A stretch of 64,000 nucleotides of DNA, taken from positions 62,001-126,000 of the forward strand of contig NIVC01002674.1 of the NCBI GenBank assembly GCA_002269645.1, read 5' to 3'. The notes beneath the pieces are model-generated. The model was given only the letters and a program-made list of their open reading frames with translations, made no database searches and was not told the origin of the DNA. How positions within the stretch are numbered: the stretch's first letter is position 1; the number at the start of each line of letters is the position of its first letter. This document shows positions 11,343 to 52,561 of this stretch, one piece after another. This stretch comes from Macrostomum lignano. Lineage: Eukaryota. The translations under genes were made by a program, and so were the position numbers.

Positions 11343-11617
11343 CTTAGAAATGAACTGGAGCTTATGTAGCTGTCCTATCCTATTTAGGACAGTATAACTT
11401 ATGTAGCTGCCTGCGAGGGGGGGGGTCGCCACACGCACCCTCAATTACCCCAGCTAATGCTGGCACCCATTTTACAGCTGGGTGAACTGAAGCAATGCAG
11501 AGTTAGTGCAGTTTACTCAAGGACACAAATCGTTCCGATTGGGTCGAGAAACGAACAATGCAATATGCCAGTGCTCAAACGAATTAACTTGAAAATCAAC
11601 ATCGATGCCAAATTGAG

Positions 11618-13603
11618 TCACCTCAAAATCGACACCTGCCGTTGCTGCTGCTGCTGCAGCTGGCCCAGCGCCGCCACAGCCGTAGCGGCAAAGGACTCCG
11701 CCTGCGATTGGGACGTCCAGCCAGCGTTGCAGGGATCAGGCAGAAGTCTGTCTTCCCCATTGCCATCGCCGCCGCCTCCCCTTCGCAGTCGTCGCCGGTC
11801 TCGCAGCCTGTCCAGCATCTTGAAGAAGTAGAACGACGCGGCCAGGGAGAAGATCTCACCCAGCTCGAACACGGTGATGCAGGAGGCGCCAATCCAGAGG
11901 CCGATGATGCCGCCCATGTCGCTGAGCAGGGAGATCAGGGTGTAGCTATGCTCCTCAATCATCGTCCTGATGGTGTGCGTCTTGGCGAAGATCCTCAACT
12001 GGGCGGTGTTGTCGCTGATGAACCGTTGAAGAGGCCGGCAGGGTTCCACGGCGAGCCTGGCGGCCTCCGACTTGTTGGGCATCTTGGTTGAGGCGAACTG
12101 CAGGCTGAGGCACCGGCGCAGGTCGATGCCGCTGCTGTTCAACGATTTGGCGATGGCGGCTGGCGGTCTGGCCGCCCGATGTCGGGCCAGGTAGTCGTGC
12201 AGCAGCTGGCTGAGCTTGCCCAGCTGGATGTCCGACCCGCGCGGTCGCAGCGAGCTCTCCGGCCAGACACTCTGGATGACGAAGTACTCGTAGCTGGTGG
12301 CCGAGCAGATGTTGCTGCACTCCGTGCCGGCCGGCTCGTCCAGGCGGGCTGCCCGGATGCCGGCAGCGAGCCGGCCAAGCCGCATCATGACGTCCGGCAT
12401 GCTGGAGTTGACCTGGCTGGCGAACTCGGCAAAGAATCTCGACAGAGGCCGTCGGCCGCGCTTTGATGCGATCCGTTCGACGGCGCGTAGTCGTTGTAGC
12501 AGGGCTCGAACCCGGGACTCCGGCTGGCCGAAGACGCCGAAGACGTCGTGACAGAACGGCGGCGGCCGGTCGCCCGATTCGGCCAAGAAGGCGAACTCCG
12601 GCAGGGGGCCCTCCATCAGGCAGCCTGCGGCGGCCAGGATTCGCCGGCTGCGCTCCAACTCCAGACAGTCGGCCAGCTCCCAGAGGTACCGGGTTCGAGT
12701 CCGCAGCATCGGATCGAAGAACAGCCGATCGCTGGGCGGAGTGCATGGCTTCGACGGCGTGCTGATGATGCTGGTGGTGGTCTGCGTCAGCGGCAGGTCC
12801 GTCCGGTGTCCGGGCTGGACGAACAGCTCGGACATCAGCGGCTTCGGCCGGGTGTCCGCCTCGTGGATGACCACCCGGAAGCCCTTGGACTCCAGGCCGG
12901 TGACGCTCATGGCGTACCTGTCGGGCGGGAAGTAGGGATCTGTGCTGGGCGAGTACAGCACCAAGATGAGGCCATCGTCGGCGTTCTCCGAGCGGAGGCT
13001 GCGGCTGGGCGGCCGGAAGGTGAAGCAGTTGCCGAAGCGTCTATGGTAGAAGGTGCGGAAGTCGCGCGGGTCGCACTCGCGGCCGTTGTAGCGACAGTCG
13101 ACGACAAAGTCGAACAGGCGAGCGGACAGTGCCGACATGTTGATGCGGTGCTCCAGGCTGGAGTACAGCGCCGTCAGGTAGTCGTCGGAGTCGTACACGA
13201 ACGCGTGGCCGAGCAGGAACTGCAAGTAGAAGGAGTAGCGCAAGTGCAGGAAATCCGGCACTCCAGGCGACGCGGCGCTTCTCTCGTAGTCGGCGATGTT
13301 GTCGTAGAGAAAGATCCGAGTCTGCATGGGGTCGCACAGGGTCACGTCGGGCATCTGGAAGGAGTTGGGACTGAGGCGAACTGTCGAGCTGACCGGATGG
13401 CTGAGGTACTGGGCGATCTGGTTCACCGAGTGAATCGACATGCCTAAGAAGGTCATGCTCAGCACGGTGAGCCAGATGAACTTGTCGGCATTCTGCGAGT
13501 TGCCGATCACACGGTCAGCTCCGTGCACCGAGGATTTGCGCAGCAGGCTGAGCACCCTGGTGTGCAGCCGAGACAGTCTGTAGGAGGCCGGCGGACCCCG
13601 CAT
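11618..13603 (-). CDS. DEG/ENaC (amiloride-sensitive sodium channel / ASIC / FaNaC superfamily) subunit, 661 aa in one exon
   Basis: N-terminal HG motif (SSVHG), TM1 (FIWLTVLSMTFLG), PDVTLC, CRYNGREC, FGNCFTF, GFRVVIH, and pre-TM2/TM2 LLSDMGGIIGLWIGASCITVFE with the GAS selectivity filter; true ATG at 13601-13603. Confidence 0.95.
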   Translation of the reverse strand: MRGPPASYRLSRLHTRVLSLLRKSSVHGADRVIGNSQNADKFIWLTVLSMTFLGMSIHSVNQIAQYLSHPVSSTVRLSPNSFQMPDVTLCDPMQTRIFLYDNIADYERSAASPGVPDFLHLRYSFYLQFLLGHAFVYDSDDYLTALYSSLEHRINMSALSARLFDFVVDCRYNGRECDPRDFRTFYHRRFGNCFTFRPPSRSLRSENADDGLILVLYSPSTDPYFPPDRYAMSVTGLESKGFRVVIHEADTRPKPLMSELFVQPGHRTDLPLTQTTTSIISTPSKPCTPPSDRLFFDPMLRTRTRYLWELADCLELERSRRILAAAGCLMEGPLPEFAFLAESGDRPPPFCHDVFGVFGQPESRVRALLQRLRAVERIASKRGRRPLSRFFAEFASQVNSSMPDVMMRLGRLAAGIRAARLDEPAGTECSNICSATSYEYFVIQSVWPESSLRPRGSDIQLGKLSQLLHDYLARHRAARPPAAIAKSLNSSGIDLRRCLSLQFASTKMPNKSEAARLAVEPCRPLQRFISDNTAQLRIFAKTHTIRTMIEEHSYTLISLLSDMGGIIGLWIGASCITVFELGEIFSLAASFYFFKMLDRLRDRRRLRRGGGGDGNGEDRLLPDPCNAGWTSQSQAESFAATAVAALGQLQQQQQRQVSILR

Positions 13604-14664
13604 CTTTGACGTCTTCTGCTTCTACCGGTTAGCAACGGTTCGATCTGTGCTTGCTCCGAGAGTATAGGATGGCTGAGCGGAAGGGGAACTGCAGAGTGAG
13701 TATATTTCTCTCTGTCCATATGAGGATGAGACTCATTGGCTCAGGACGGCATGCGCCCAAACTGGGCCCGGGCCCAATGAAACTGAGCAGCAGAGTTCAG
13801 TTCGGGAAACCTTGAAGAGAATTCGGTGCTAAATGGATATATTTCTGAACGGCTGACTCATGGACGCTTAAGCCTAATAGTAGATGTCTGGAATGGAACT
13901 ACGGACAACGTGCCCATTACATTTATCTGATCCATGAGATCGCGCATGCACAGGTGGGGCTGTACAGCCGCCCTGACTTTCTTCATCAGTTTGAAAGTTT
14001 ATAAATTCGAAACTTCACAAGCTCGAAATTAAAAATCGCCTAATTAGTTTAACTTGTGAGCTGGCGAAAGTTACTAAGCAAGAGTTTCAGACAAATTCGA
14101 ACTTTCGCGGCAGTTTCCAATCCAGAAATGTTTCAAGGCCTTACAAGTTGAATTTCTACAAAGACGTCCTTGAAGAATTCCTTGCTTTCTGCCCCTTTTC
14201 CAATCCAGTCCAGACGCTTTTCTAAAGCTCACGGCTCACTGAGCAGCAGCTCGGGATGAGGCGGAGGCAGAAGCAGAAATTCAGGAAACTAAGCGGAACA
14301 ATAAAACTGCCAATCTTCTTCTACTGCATGGCTGGTATCGGAACAGCAAGAGCAACTTGGCTAGAATTTGCAAGCAAAAAAACTGAGGCGCATAAGACCA
14401 GACCGACTCCCAGATACAAGCAAGATTTCTTTGACAGCTGTTCCAGCACAACGAGATCCGAAAGGCAAACACACAGCCACTCTTCAGCCCCTGAAGCGTT
14501 CCGCGCTCAGAGGGCAGAGCAAGCCGAGTTACAGGCACTTTGTCAAGTGTTTCTCGTTTCTTCTTCTCTTCCAGCAGCAGAATTTGCATTCAGCATTAAG
14601 CAGCTCTTCTTAGTCAAATATAAGCAGATAGAAGAGAAAGTGCAATAGCAGTAAAGGACAAGAC

Positions 14665-15545
14665 TGGAATGGGACGGGGAGGCCGGGGATGGGACAGTCA
14701 CAGGTGGGGAGGAGGGGGCAGTCACAGGTAGAGAGGGGACGGTCACAGATGGGAGGACGCGGTCACAGGTGGAGAGGGGACAGTCACAAAAGGAGAGAAG
14801 ACAGTCACGGATGGGAAGGAGAGGACAGTCACAGGTGGGAAGGGGACGGTCACAGGTAGAGAGGGGACAGTCACAGGTGTGAAGGGGACAGTCAGATGTG
14901 AGAGAATATTCACAGGTGGGAGGATATTCACAGGTGAGAGAGAGGATATTCGAATGTGAGAGAGAGGATATTCGAATGTGAGAGAGAGGTTATTCATAGG
15001 TGAGAGAGGGCATTCACAGGTGAGATGCTATTCACAGGTGAGAGAGGCATTCACAGGTGAGATGCTATTCACAGGCGAGAGAGGGCATTCACAGGTGAGA
15101 TGATATTCACAAGTGAGAGAGGGCATTCACAGGTGAGAGGATATTCACAAGTGAGAGAGGGCATTCACATGTGAGATGATATTCACAGGAGAGAGGGCAT
15201 TCACAGGTGAGAGGATATTCACAGGAGAGAGGGCATTCACAGGTGAGAGGATATTCACAGGAGAGAGGGCGTTCACAGGTGAGAGAGAGGATATTCAAAA
15301 GGGAGAGAGGATATTCATAGGTGTGAGAGGATATTCACAGGTGAGAGGGCATTCACAGGCGAGAGTATATTCACAGGTGAGAGAGAGGGCGTTCACAGGT
15401 GAGAGGGCATTCACAGGTGAGACTATATTCACAGGTGAGAGAGAGGGCATTCACAGGTGAGAGTATATTCACAGGTGAGAGAGAGGGCATTCACAGGCGA
15501 GAGTATATTCACAGGTGAGAAAGAGGGCGTTCACAGGTGTGAAAG
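14665..15545. repeat. Composite minisatellite (gggacagtcacaggtg... grading into attcacaggtgagagagggc, ~18-22 bp units)
   Basis: Tandem units read directly. Confidence 0.9.
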
Positions 15546-16505
15546 AAGGTATTCACAGCCGGTATAATTAAAGTAACCAGGTCGATTTAATCAAACCACT
15601 TAGAACATTTTTGCAATGCCACAACAAGCTAGTAAAGTGTCCACTACATATTGAATATATGCAGCAATATTTATTTATTAATACAGTGTCTGTCTAGACC
15701 TACAGTAAAATAACGTGCATAGCATAAAACAGTTCGATAATATTTAATAGGGCAAATAGGGAACTTGAAGTGTCGGAATTAGAATATGATATAAACTACT
15801 GTTGCAACTGCAAAACAAAATATGATAAATTATTATATTATAACGTCGTATGCCGCTATCACAGGAACTAAACTAGCGTATTATTAAATTCTAATATTAT
15901 GCTTTCAAATTGGATTCGTCATTCAATGCTGCGTTAAAAAAATCATAATCAAGAATTATATTAATAACTTTTCTGCGGCTAGTTTAAACAAATTTTCCGG
16001 CTTTAAAACAAGCTTATTAATTGCGAAGTAAAACAAATGAAGCAAAATTAACGGAAATTAAAAGAATGACGCAGAGATATGGCTGGAGACATATAAAAGC
16101 AGCATGACTACAACCTTTGACGAATAATCTCACTACTACAACCTTTTGTTTATATGCGTGGGATTAAAATATTGGCAATCAACTATTAATAGATCGATAT
16201 AAAAAACGCTGTTTGGTGAGAAAGATAACTGCTAGCTCAACTCTAAGCAAACACTAAATAAACAGAAACAAAGTGACTGATAAAAATTGACATCGACACG
16301 AGCTACTGAACCATAAGAGAGGCAAGGTGCAACAGTTGCGACAATGAGGAAACATTTACACAGAAATGTCATTTCCCGTGTAGATATTTTAAGCTTCTTT
16401 TTCAATATACTCCTTCAATATATATCTTAAGAATTCCTAATTGTGCGCAACTGCTGACACTTGGAAATAAAAATATCATTAATTACGAAAGGAATACAAC
16501 AGGTT

Positions 16506-16520
16506 GACAAACAGACACGC

Positions 16521-16569
<49 letters not shown>

Positions 16570-16632
16570 GGCAGACAGACAGACAGGCAGACAGACAGAC
16601 AGACAGACAGACAGGCAGACAGACAGACAGGC

Positions 16633-16697
<65 letters not shown>

Positions 16698-16710
16698 GGC
16701 AGGCAGACAC

Positions 16711-16741
<31 letters not shown>

Positions 16742-16765
16742 GGCAGACAGACAGACAGACACACG
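16506..16765. repeat. (GACA)n microsatellite 3' of the ACLY stop codon
   Basis: Read directly. Confidence 0.95.
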
Positions 16766-16933
16766 ACAGAAAAAAGCATTCAGACTAAAAACGGACTACC
16801 AAGAACTGATACCAACCGGTCATCAGCTACTGAAAAGAACAACAGAACAAAAACGCCCTAACGCTTTCGTATCTGTACTAGCCAGCAATATCCGGTTGGT
16901 CATCACGACAGGCCCAGCAAAACCGCTAGCAGT

Positions 16934-46309
<29,376 letters not shown>

Positions 46310-49300
46310 GTTAAATGAGCTGCTAGAAATTAATAATATTGTGAAATATTGTTAATTACAATTGACTGCATGGTTACTATGTGTTATATCAGCATTGATA
46401 AAATAAGCTAATGGGTAAACATTTAAAGCTCTTTTAAATAGAAGCTTCTTTTTTATTTAGTTTAGACATACTCTACTTGGGAATTTGGATTTTTTAGCCA
46501 AGCCCTTAACCTATAAAACTATATAATAGCATATAACATATACAAAATTAAATTTTGAAAATACAAACTTGCTCAAGACCCCATGATAAAAACCCTGTTA
46601 CCAAGCAGCCAAAGCCTAACATGTCATTGCCCACCATAGCTCCAAGCTAAGCCAATTAGCCAGAGAAAAAGAAGGCCACTTTTTTAGAACACTCTGAAGC
46701 CACGCATATGCAATTGTATGTAGTAAGAGTTGCAGTCAATCAATGTAAATTGCTATACTAGCAGAAGTGCCACCTTTAAAAAGATTGTCTCCTTGTCAAT
46801 CTTGCCCAAATGTTCTAGTAGTAAACCTACTATAGCAGATGTTATTTTATTTAATAAAGAAAATATTTTAATAATAATTTAATACTTTAATAAGCTTTAA
46901 TAAATAATAACAAATTAACATAGAATCTTTATTTTCTGAACAAAAGCTTTATAAAAAATCAAGAGCTACAAGAAAGGCAAAACATTTTAAACATTAGGTT
47001 TGCATGCTATCAAAATCAATAAAAAAATTAATATGAAAAACCATGAAAAGTTCTTATCTCCATAGTGTATTTTTGCTAAGAACCAGCCTCTTAATGTTTT
47101 ATAAGAAATATAGTTTCTTGTTCTTTTACTTAAGTTGTCCTTGACTAGTTTTATTTTTTCACTATACTTTCCTTTTATTCAAAAATTTATATTAAATGAA
47201 GAAAGTGTTTTTACTTTCCTAGAAAAGCAACAAAAAATATGTTCAAAAACATTATTGCTTTAATTTACGAAATATTTTCTGCAAATATATACACTACTAT
47301 GATAGGCTTTGTTTTTAATGGACTAACTTTATTAGAAATGCAAAAATTCAAAACTATTATTTGTTATACTATACAAATATTTTGTATATTTTGTATATTT
47401 AATATGTTGTTTTGTTTTAAATAGTAGGAGACATTTTACTATAAAAGGAAGCCTGTTGAGAGCCAGGAAAATAAACTTGTTCCACTTGTTATGAACTTGT
47501 TCTAGTTCAGCTTTTTAAAGCCTTTTATTTCATGTGAGACAAAAGTCAAATCAGCCTCAGGGCTTGTATTCACTCATGTTACTTATTTTTAGTAGTAGAT
47601 AGCAAATTAGGAATAGCCCTAAGATTGGGAAAGTTCAATCCATTCTCAAAAAATGAGATATCTAGATTTAGAATCTGAGAAATTGCCTTTAGAAGGCAGA
47701 AATCCTATCATAGGGTAGAGTAATCCAGACTAGTGAGTAAGCTGTGACCCTCTGATCCCAAGAATGCCTAGGACTAAAAGAATAAAAACTTTTAAAGTAT
47801 ACGGATAGAATAGACAATGCCATAAGACCACTCAGGCCAGAAGTACAGTACATATACATACGCTACCAATAGATAAATACATGTGCTACCAGAAGTTATA
47901 TATGCTACCAAAAGTACAACATCTATAAAAGTACAAGTATTATAGGAACTATTAGTACAACTTTGGAAACTTAACGGAGATTTTAATAGAGAGAAGTTTA
48001 GTACTGTGATAACTTGGTGGCAGTTTGTTAGATTATATTAGGGTCAAAAGTAACCCCTACATCAACTTTGGTATTGGCAGCAGAATAAATTAGATAGAGA
48101 GCAATTTGTACTATTACAACTTTGGTAGCAGCTTTAGGAAATTTACAGGGTAGGAATTTGAAGTAGCCCTGAAACAGCTAATATCATTGGGATAATTATA
48201 GAGGAGAAAGCCCTACCACACTACCAAAAATTTATTACAATTGAAAATAGAAAACTTAATTATATTCTACTAATAATTCTTAGAAATAAATATATACATT
48301 AAAGACTTAATCCTTAATCATTAATGATGGGATATCCTAGGATAGAATAAATATCCCTATGACAACTAGGGATTAACCAACCATGATTTTCTGTTTTGTG
48401 CATGATTAGAACTAGACCCTGCGTGAAACTGTGTATGACTATGAATGTTTTTTTTAACATATTTTAATTTAAGCACAGAACTATTATTAGTATTAATACT
48501 ACCAAGCATAGTATAATTTTTAGCTTTGTTTTATCATATTTATTGTTTGACTATATTTTATTATATGGCTATGTCTGCCTCCACTGATTTGTTGCAATTT
48601 TGGTTTGCTTTTCACAATCATTTCCTTAAAAAACTTTTAACAGTAAGGTTCAATTTATAAAATTCATAAATTCTGATTGGCAAAAGATCTGCATGATTTT
48701 TATCTCATGATCATGGTTTTTGTGATTATGACCATGATCACAATTGATCCCTAATTACAACTTTCAACTTTGATGATAATAGGAATATCTAACATTTAGT
48801 TAGTAAAACTAGGGCTTAGAGCTTAGTAAAACTAGGAATTAGATAGTTTGGTTAGGAAAAAGTATTATCAACAATGTTATATATAGTTTGATCAAAATAC
48901 TTTTGAGACAGATCTATTTTAGTATTGATTTCTTAAGTAATATGCAATTATATTTTGATTTTCAAAAAATCAAAACAAAAAAGGCAAATGAAACAAGACT
49001 TTTTAAAAAATGAAAATAGACTAGCAAGTCAGCCTAACAAATTGAACAATACCTTAGTTATTTAAAGCAAAAAAATATTGCAGAGCACTTAATGTTAAAT
49101 CAAGGCTCATCTTTGATTTTGATTTTTGTTTTTTATCATGATTTACAATATAGCCTATGCTAGGCACTAAAAGGAAGTGCTTATCCCCACAGTCCCATGC
49201 CAATAATTCCAATTTTATCCACACAGATCTCTATCAATAATTTCTAGCTTATCCCCATAGTAGCTTATTGAAATAGCTGCCACCATTCAAGTCTATAGAC

Positions 49301-50005
49301 CATGTCAATAATTCCAATTTTATCCACATGGATCCATGTCAATAATTTTCAGCTTATCCCCATGGCTAAGCTTGTGCAGTTGTTTGTGTTTAGTTTTGTT
49401 TTGTTTTAAATTGATATTGTCATTATTATTAGTATTATTATCATTATGATTATATTTTGAATTTTGAATTTTGCAAGTCTCATTCACCTCAATCTTTGGG
49501 TCATTTTGTCATTCTAAACAAAGCTGGCAGCTAAGCAAATTTAAAATTAACCCTTTAATGACAAAGTAATGTAGAAGTGGTTAATAGTTTCTAGGAATAT
49601 AACAGTTTGAATCTGCGCTAATAATTTGTTTTACTCTACAAAATATTCTATATATTCTACATATTCTTAATATTTGATATTTGTTAAAAATACACACGTG
49701 CGAATAGTATAAATAGGGGCAGGCTGAGAGGAAGAAGAGATAACTCGTTCGTTAGCTATAAGCTCAAAACGTGTTCAATAAATCTTTCTCAGATCATTGT
49801 TCATTTCTAAGAGTATTGTGAAGAAGGTTGAAGGTTGCACTTGGGATTCATGCAAAGAGTAGTACTAAGAGTAATTGCTGTGACCCTCTAATCTCAGTAA
49901 CACCCAGACTGGAGAGAGAAAATACATATACTAGTCCTCTGGTAGAACAGCACGCTTGATAATGAGAAGTAAAAGAAAGGAGATTGCGAGCATTTTCAAT
50001 AGAAT

Positions 50006-50037
50006 GACATGTTTTGCCTAACTTTAGGCATCATCAG
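50006..50037 (-). ncRNA. Decayed minimal hammerhead ribozyme motif (PLE type), left arm
   Basis: Minus strand CTGATGA-T-GCCTA-AAGT-TAGGC-AAAA-CATGTC: the CUGAUGA core, 5-bp stem II and palindromic stem III ACATGT are present, but GAAA has changed to AAAA. Confidence 0.65.
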
Positions 50038-50245
50038 GCCAAATTGGAATTTATTTAATATAAGTCCAAACGTAGAGTATAAATACATTTATACTCTAAT
50101 AAATGTAATAAATATATAAATACAAAGCGTAAAGATTATTGAAGCTATGTACATTAAAAACTGGCAACCAACTTTAAATAAATAGTTGGGTTATTCCGGG
50201 GCCGATGCTCTCCTGAGAGTGTTCTAATGTACACCCACTACCCGG

Positions 50246-50307
<62 letters not shown>

Positions 50308-50447
50308 TTCTCTGTCTATCTTGGTTTGATCTGTTGACTTCCCCCCCTGTGTTTTGTTATTACAATTTTGTGTATCACTGACTATCTGCCACTGAAATGT
50401 ATTTATACTCTACGTTTTGACTTAAATTAAATAAATTCCAATTTGGC

Positions 50448-50479
50448 CCGATGATGCCTAAAGTTAGGCAAAACATGTC
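50448..50479 (+). ncRNA. Decayed minimal hammerhead ribozyme motif (PLE type), right arm
   Basis: CCGATGA-T-GCCTA-AAGT-TAGGC-AAAA-CATGTC: two core changes (CUGA to CCGA, GAAA to AAAA). Confidence 0.6.
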
Positions 50480-51114
50480 GTTCTATTGTAAATGCTCACA
50501 ATCTCCTTTCTTTTACATATACTAGTACTAGACCACTCAGGCCATAAGCTACTAGAATGCTACTAAGAACGCTATCCGAACGCTACCAGAAACACTACTA
50601 AGAATGCTATTCAGAAATATTTGAATGAAATTCTAAGAAACAGTTAGAAACATTAAGACAAGATTTGGTAGAAATTAAATAGAGGAAATTATAAACCTGT
50701 AATGACTTTGGTGGCAGCTCGTAGGCTATTTAATATTAATAAACACTAGCATCAATAGTTAGGAGCTTAGAAAGACAGAGCCAAAAGGCCTGTCACAGTA
50801 ACAAAGTAAGTTTTAACAAAGTACTTCAGTATTCAGTATTTAGTATATGTAGTTTACTTAAAATATTTGTAAAACAGTGAAAACAAAAAGACAGGTTTTG
50901 AACAGATTCATTTTAAGGTTCTTTATTTCAATAAACTACCATGGGGATAAGCTGGAAATTATTGACATGGATCTGATCTGTGTGGATAAAGTTGGAATTA
51001 TTGGCATGGGACCATGGCGATAAGAACTGCCACACTAAAAAGCAAACTAGAACACTAAAAATGCAACATTGGCATTAAAAAGCATAGATATAGGATACTA
51101 GTCAAGAGTCAAGA

Positions 51115-51290
51115 CATACATGCGCAACCTTAGGAATCACTCGGCCATTTCTATTGGCAACACACATGTAAGTCACTATTGGCTGAGAGCAATCATGTGA
51201 CTACTATTCTATCCAATAGCAACTCATGTGTGTTGCCAATAGAAATGGCCAGGTCCAGGTAAATCCCTAGCTAGGTTGCGCCTAAGCATG
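51115..51290. mobile_element. hAT-type MITE, 176 bp
   Basis: Ends CATACATGCGCAACCT / AGGTTGCGCCTAAGCATG; near-identical 8-bp flanks agtcaaga / aatcaaga; perfect internal 26-bp inverted repeat (51143-51168 and 51225-51250). Confidence 0.7.
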
Positions 51291-52561
51291 AATCAAGATA
51301 GAAGGTCGGCTTGACAAGTTCCTTCCAAAACATGGATTCTCTGTCTGCCTTAGGCATTGTAGAGCCACCTATCACTTCTTCAACCATTACTGGGCTCTTT
51401 ATGTGGTTACTCAGACAAAAAATATATTATTACACTTATTTTAATATTAGGGCCTACTCTTAAAGTTAAACATGCAAAATCAGCTGCCTTTTTCATGTTA
51501 TCAAATGTATTAAGTTCCAATACAAAAAATAATAATAACATAACATTGATTGATATGATAGGAATTTCAATTCAGAAAAAAGTTATATAACTAAATTCTA
51601 TCTATTACCTATGTCAAGAACTATAAATTAGAATAGGTCATAATATATTTCTTTCAAAGATATCAAAAAGCCAAAAGGCAAAAAATATTATTTCAAAATT
51701 TTATTTGCAAATATACTATACCATATGATAGTCCAATCAAACACTTTTTCCTTAATTAATTGGCAGTCAATGAATAATTTATTAAAAGCTACAATTACAA
51801 AGTGGTATATTTGCAATTATAATTGAAGCCTATATCTTCGCCGAACTGGTCACTTTCTTTCGCCGAAATGTACATCTATGTGAACTATAAATTCACTTTC
51901 GCCAAAACGTCTTTCGCCGAAAATCCTTTGCCGAAATGGAGGCCGCGCCGCCGCGCGCATCCCGCGCAATCTGCAAATTAAAATATTTCGAAAATGATAG
52001 CGCGATACTAATGTCTCAATTAAACAAATAACAAAATGAATTTTAGTTAAAAGTATTATAAGTAGACAAAAAGCTAACTAAAGGTATATCAGTAGATTTC
52101 TATTTATCCTTTCAAATGAGGTTTTACCGTATTAGTAGAGAATACGATAGATAATAGCTAGATAATAGTTATTAGCAGATTACTACGCCCTATTCTTTCT
52201 CGGTGTTTGTTAATTCCTATTAAGCTAGAACAGTTTGAAACAATGTATTCAAACGTTTTTCGACGGACATCTCTCTCGTGATGATTTATTATATTACTCG
52301 GAGTTGTCTGAGAAATCCCTTTATAAATTCGACTGGTACGAACGTACCGTGGAAAAGTTATTAATTTTAATGTAAAAAATGTCACCATACTTTTTTTCTA
52401 ATTTTCTATTTGAATTTGAATTCGGGATTCAAATTGTCTTAACTAAAGGACTACTCTGATTGAATTTTACTGCTGTAAAAATTATACTTTTTAGCAGAGT
52501 ACATATTAGCGAATAGTTAGTGTATCAACTACTGGGTAATATAGCTCCTTGTACTGGGAAT

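Larger units (their letters stand above)
49936..50516 (+). mobile_element. 5'-truncated Penelope-like insertion with an inverted copy of its 3' end
   Basis: Inverted arms 49969-50090 and 50395-50516 (~120 bp, few mismatches). The internal remnant reads KIIEAMYIKNWQPTLNK* (50132-50185), typical of a PLE GIY-YIG C-terminus. The flanking direct repeat atatactagt is at 49926-49935 and 50517-50526. Confidence 0.8.

Noticed and set aside
11642-13447. Plus-strand and alternate-frame ORFs over the DEG/ENaC gene (e.g. 299 aa at 12548-13447)
   Set aside because: Shadow ORFs of GC-rich coding sequence with no recognisable motifs.
14230-14648. Moderately GC-rich segment with short ORFs on both strands between ACLY and the channel gene
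   Set aside because: No recognisable motif or consistent splice signals; it could be UTR or a decayed fragment.
51836-51925. Cluster of ttcgccgaaa motifs followed by a short GC-rich patch
   Set aside because: It resembles a TE subterminal fragment, but there is no partner end or TSD and no evidence for a promoter.
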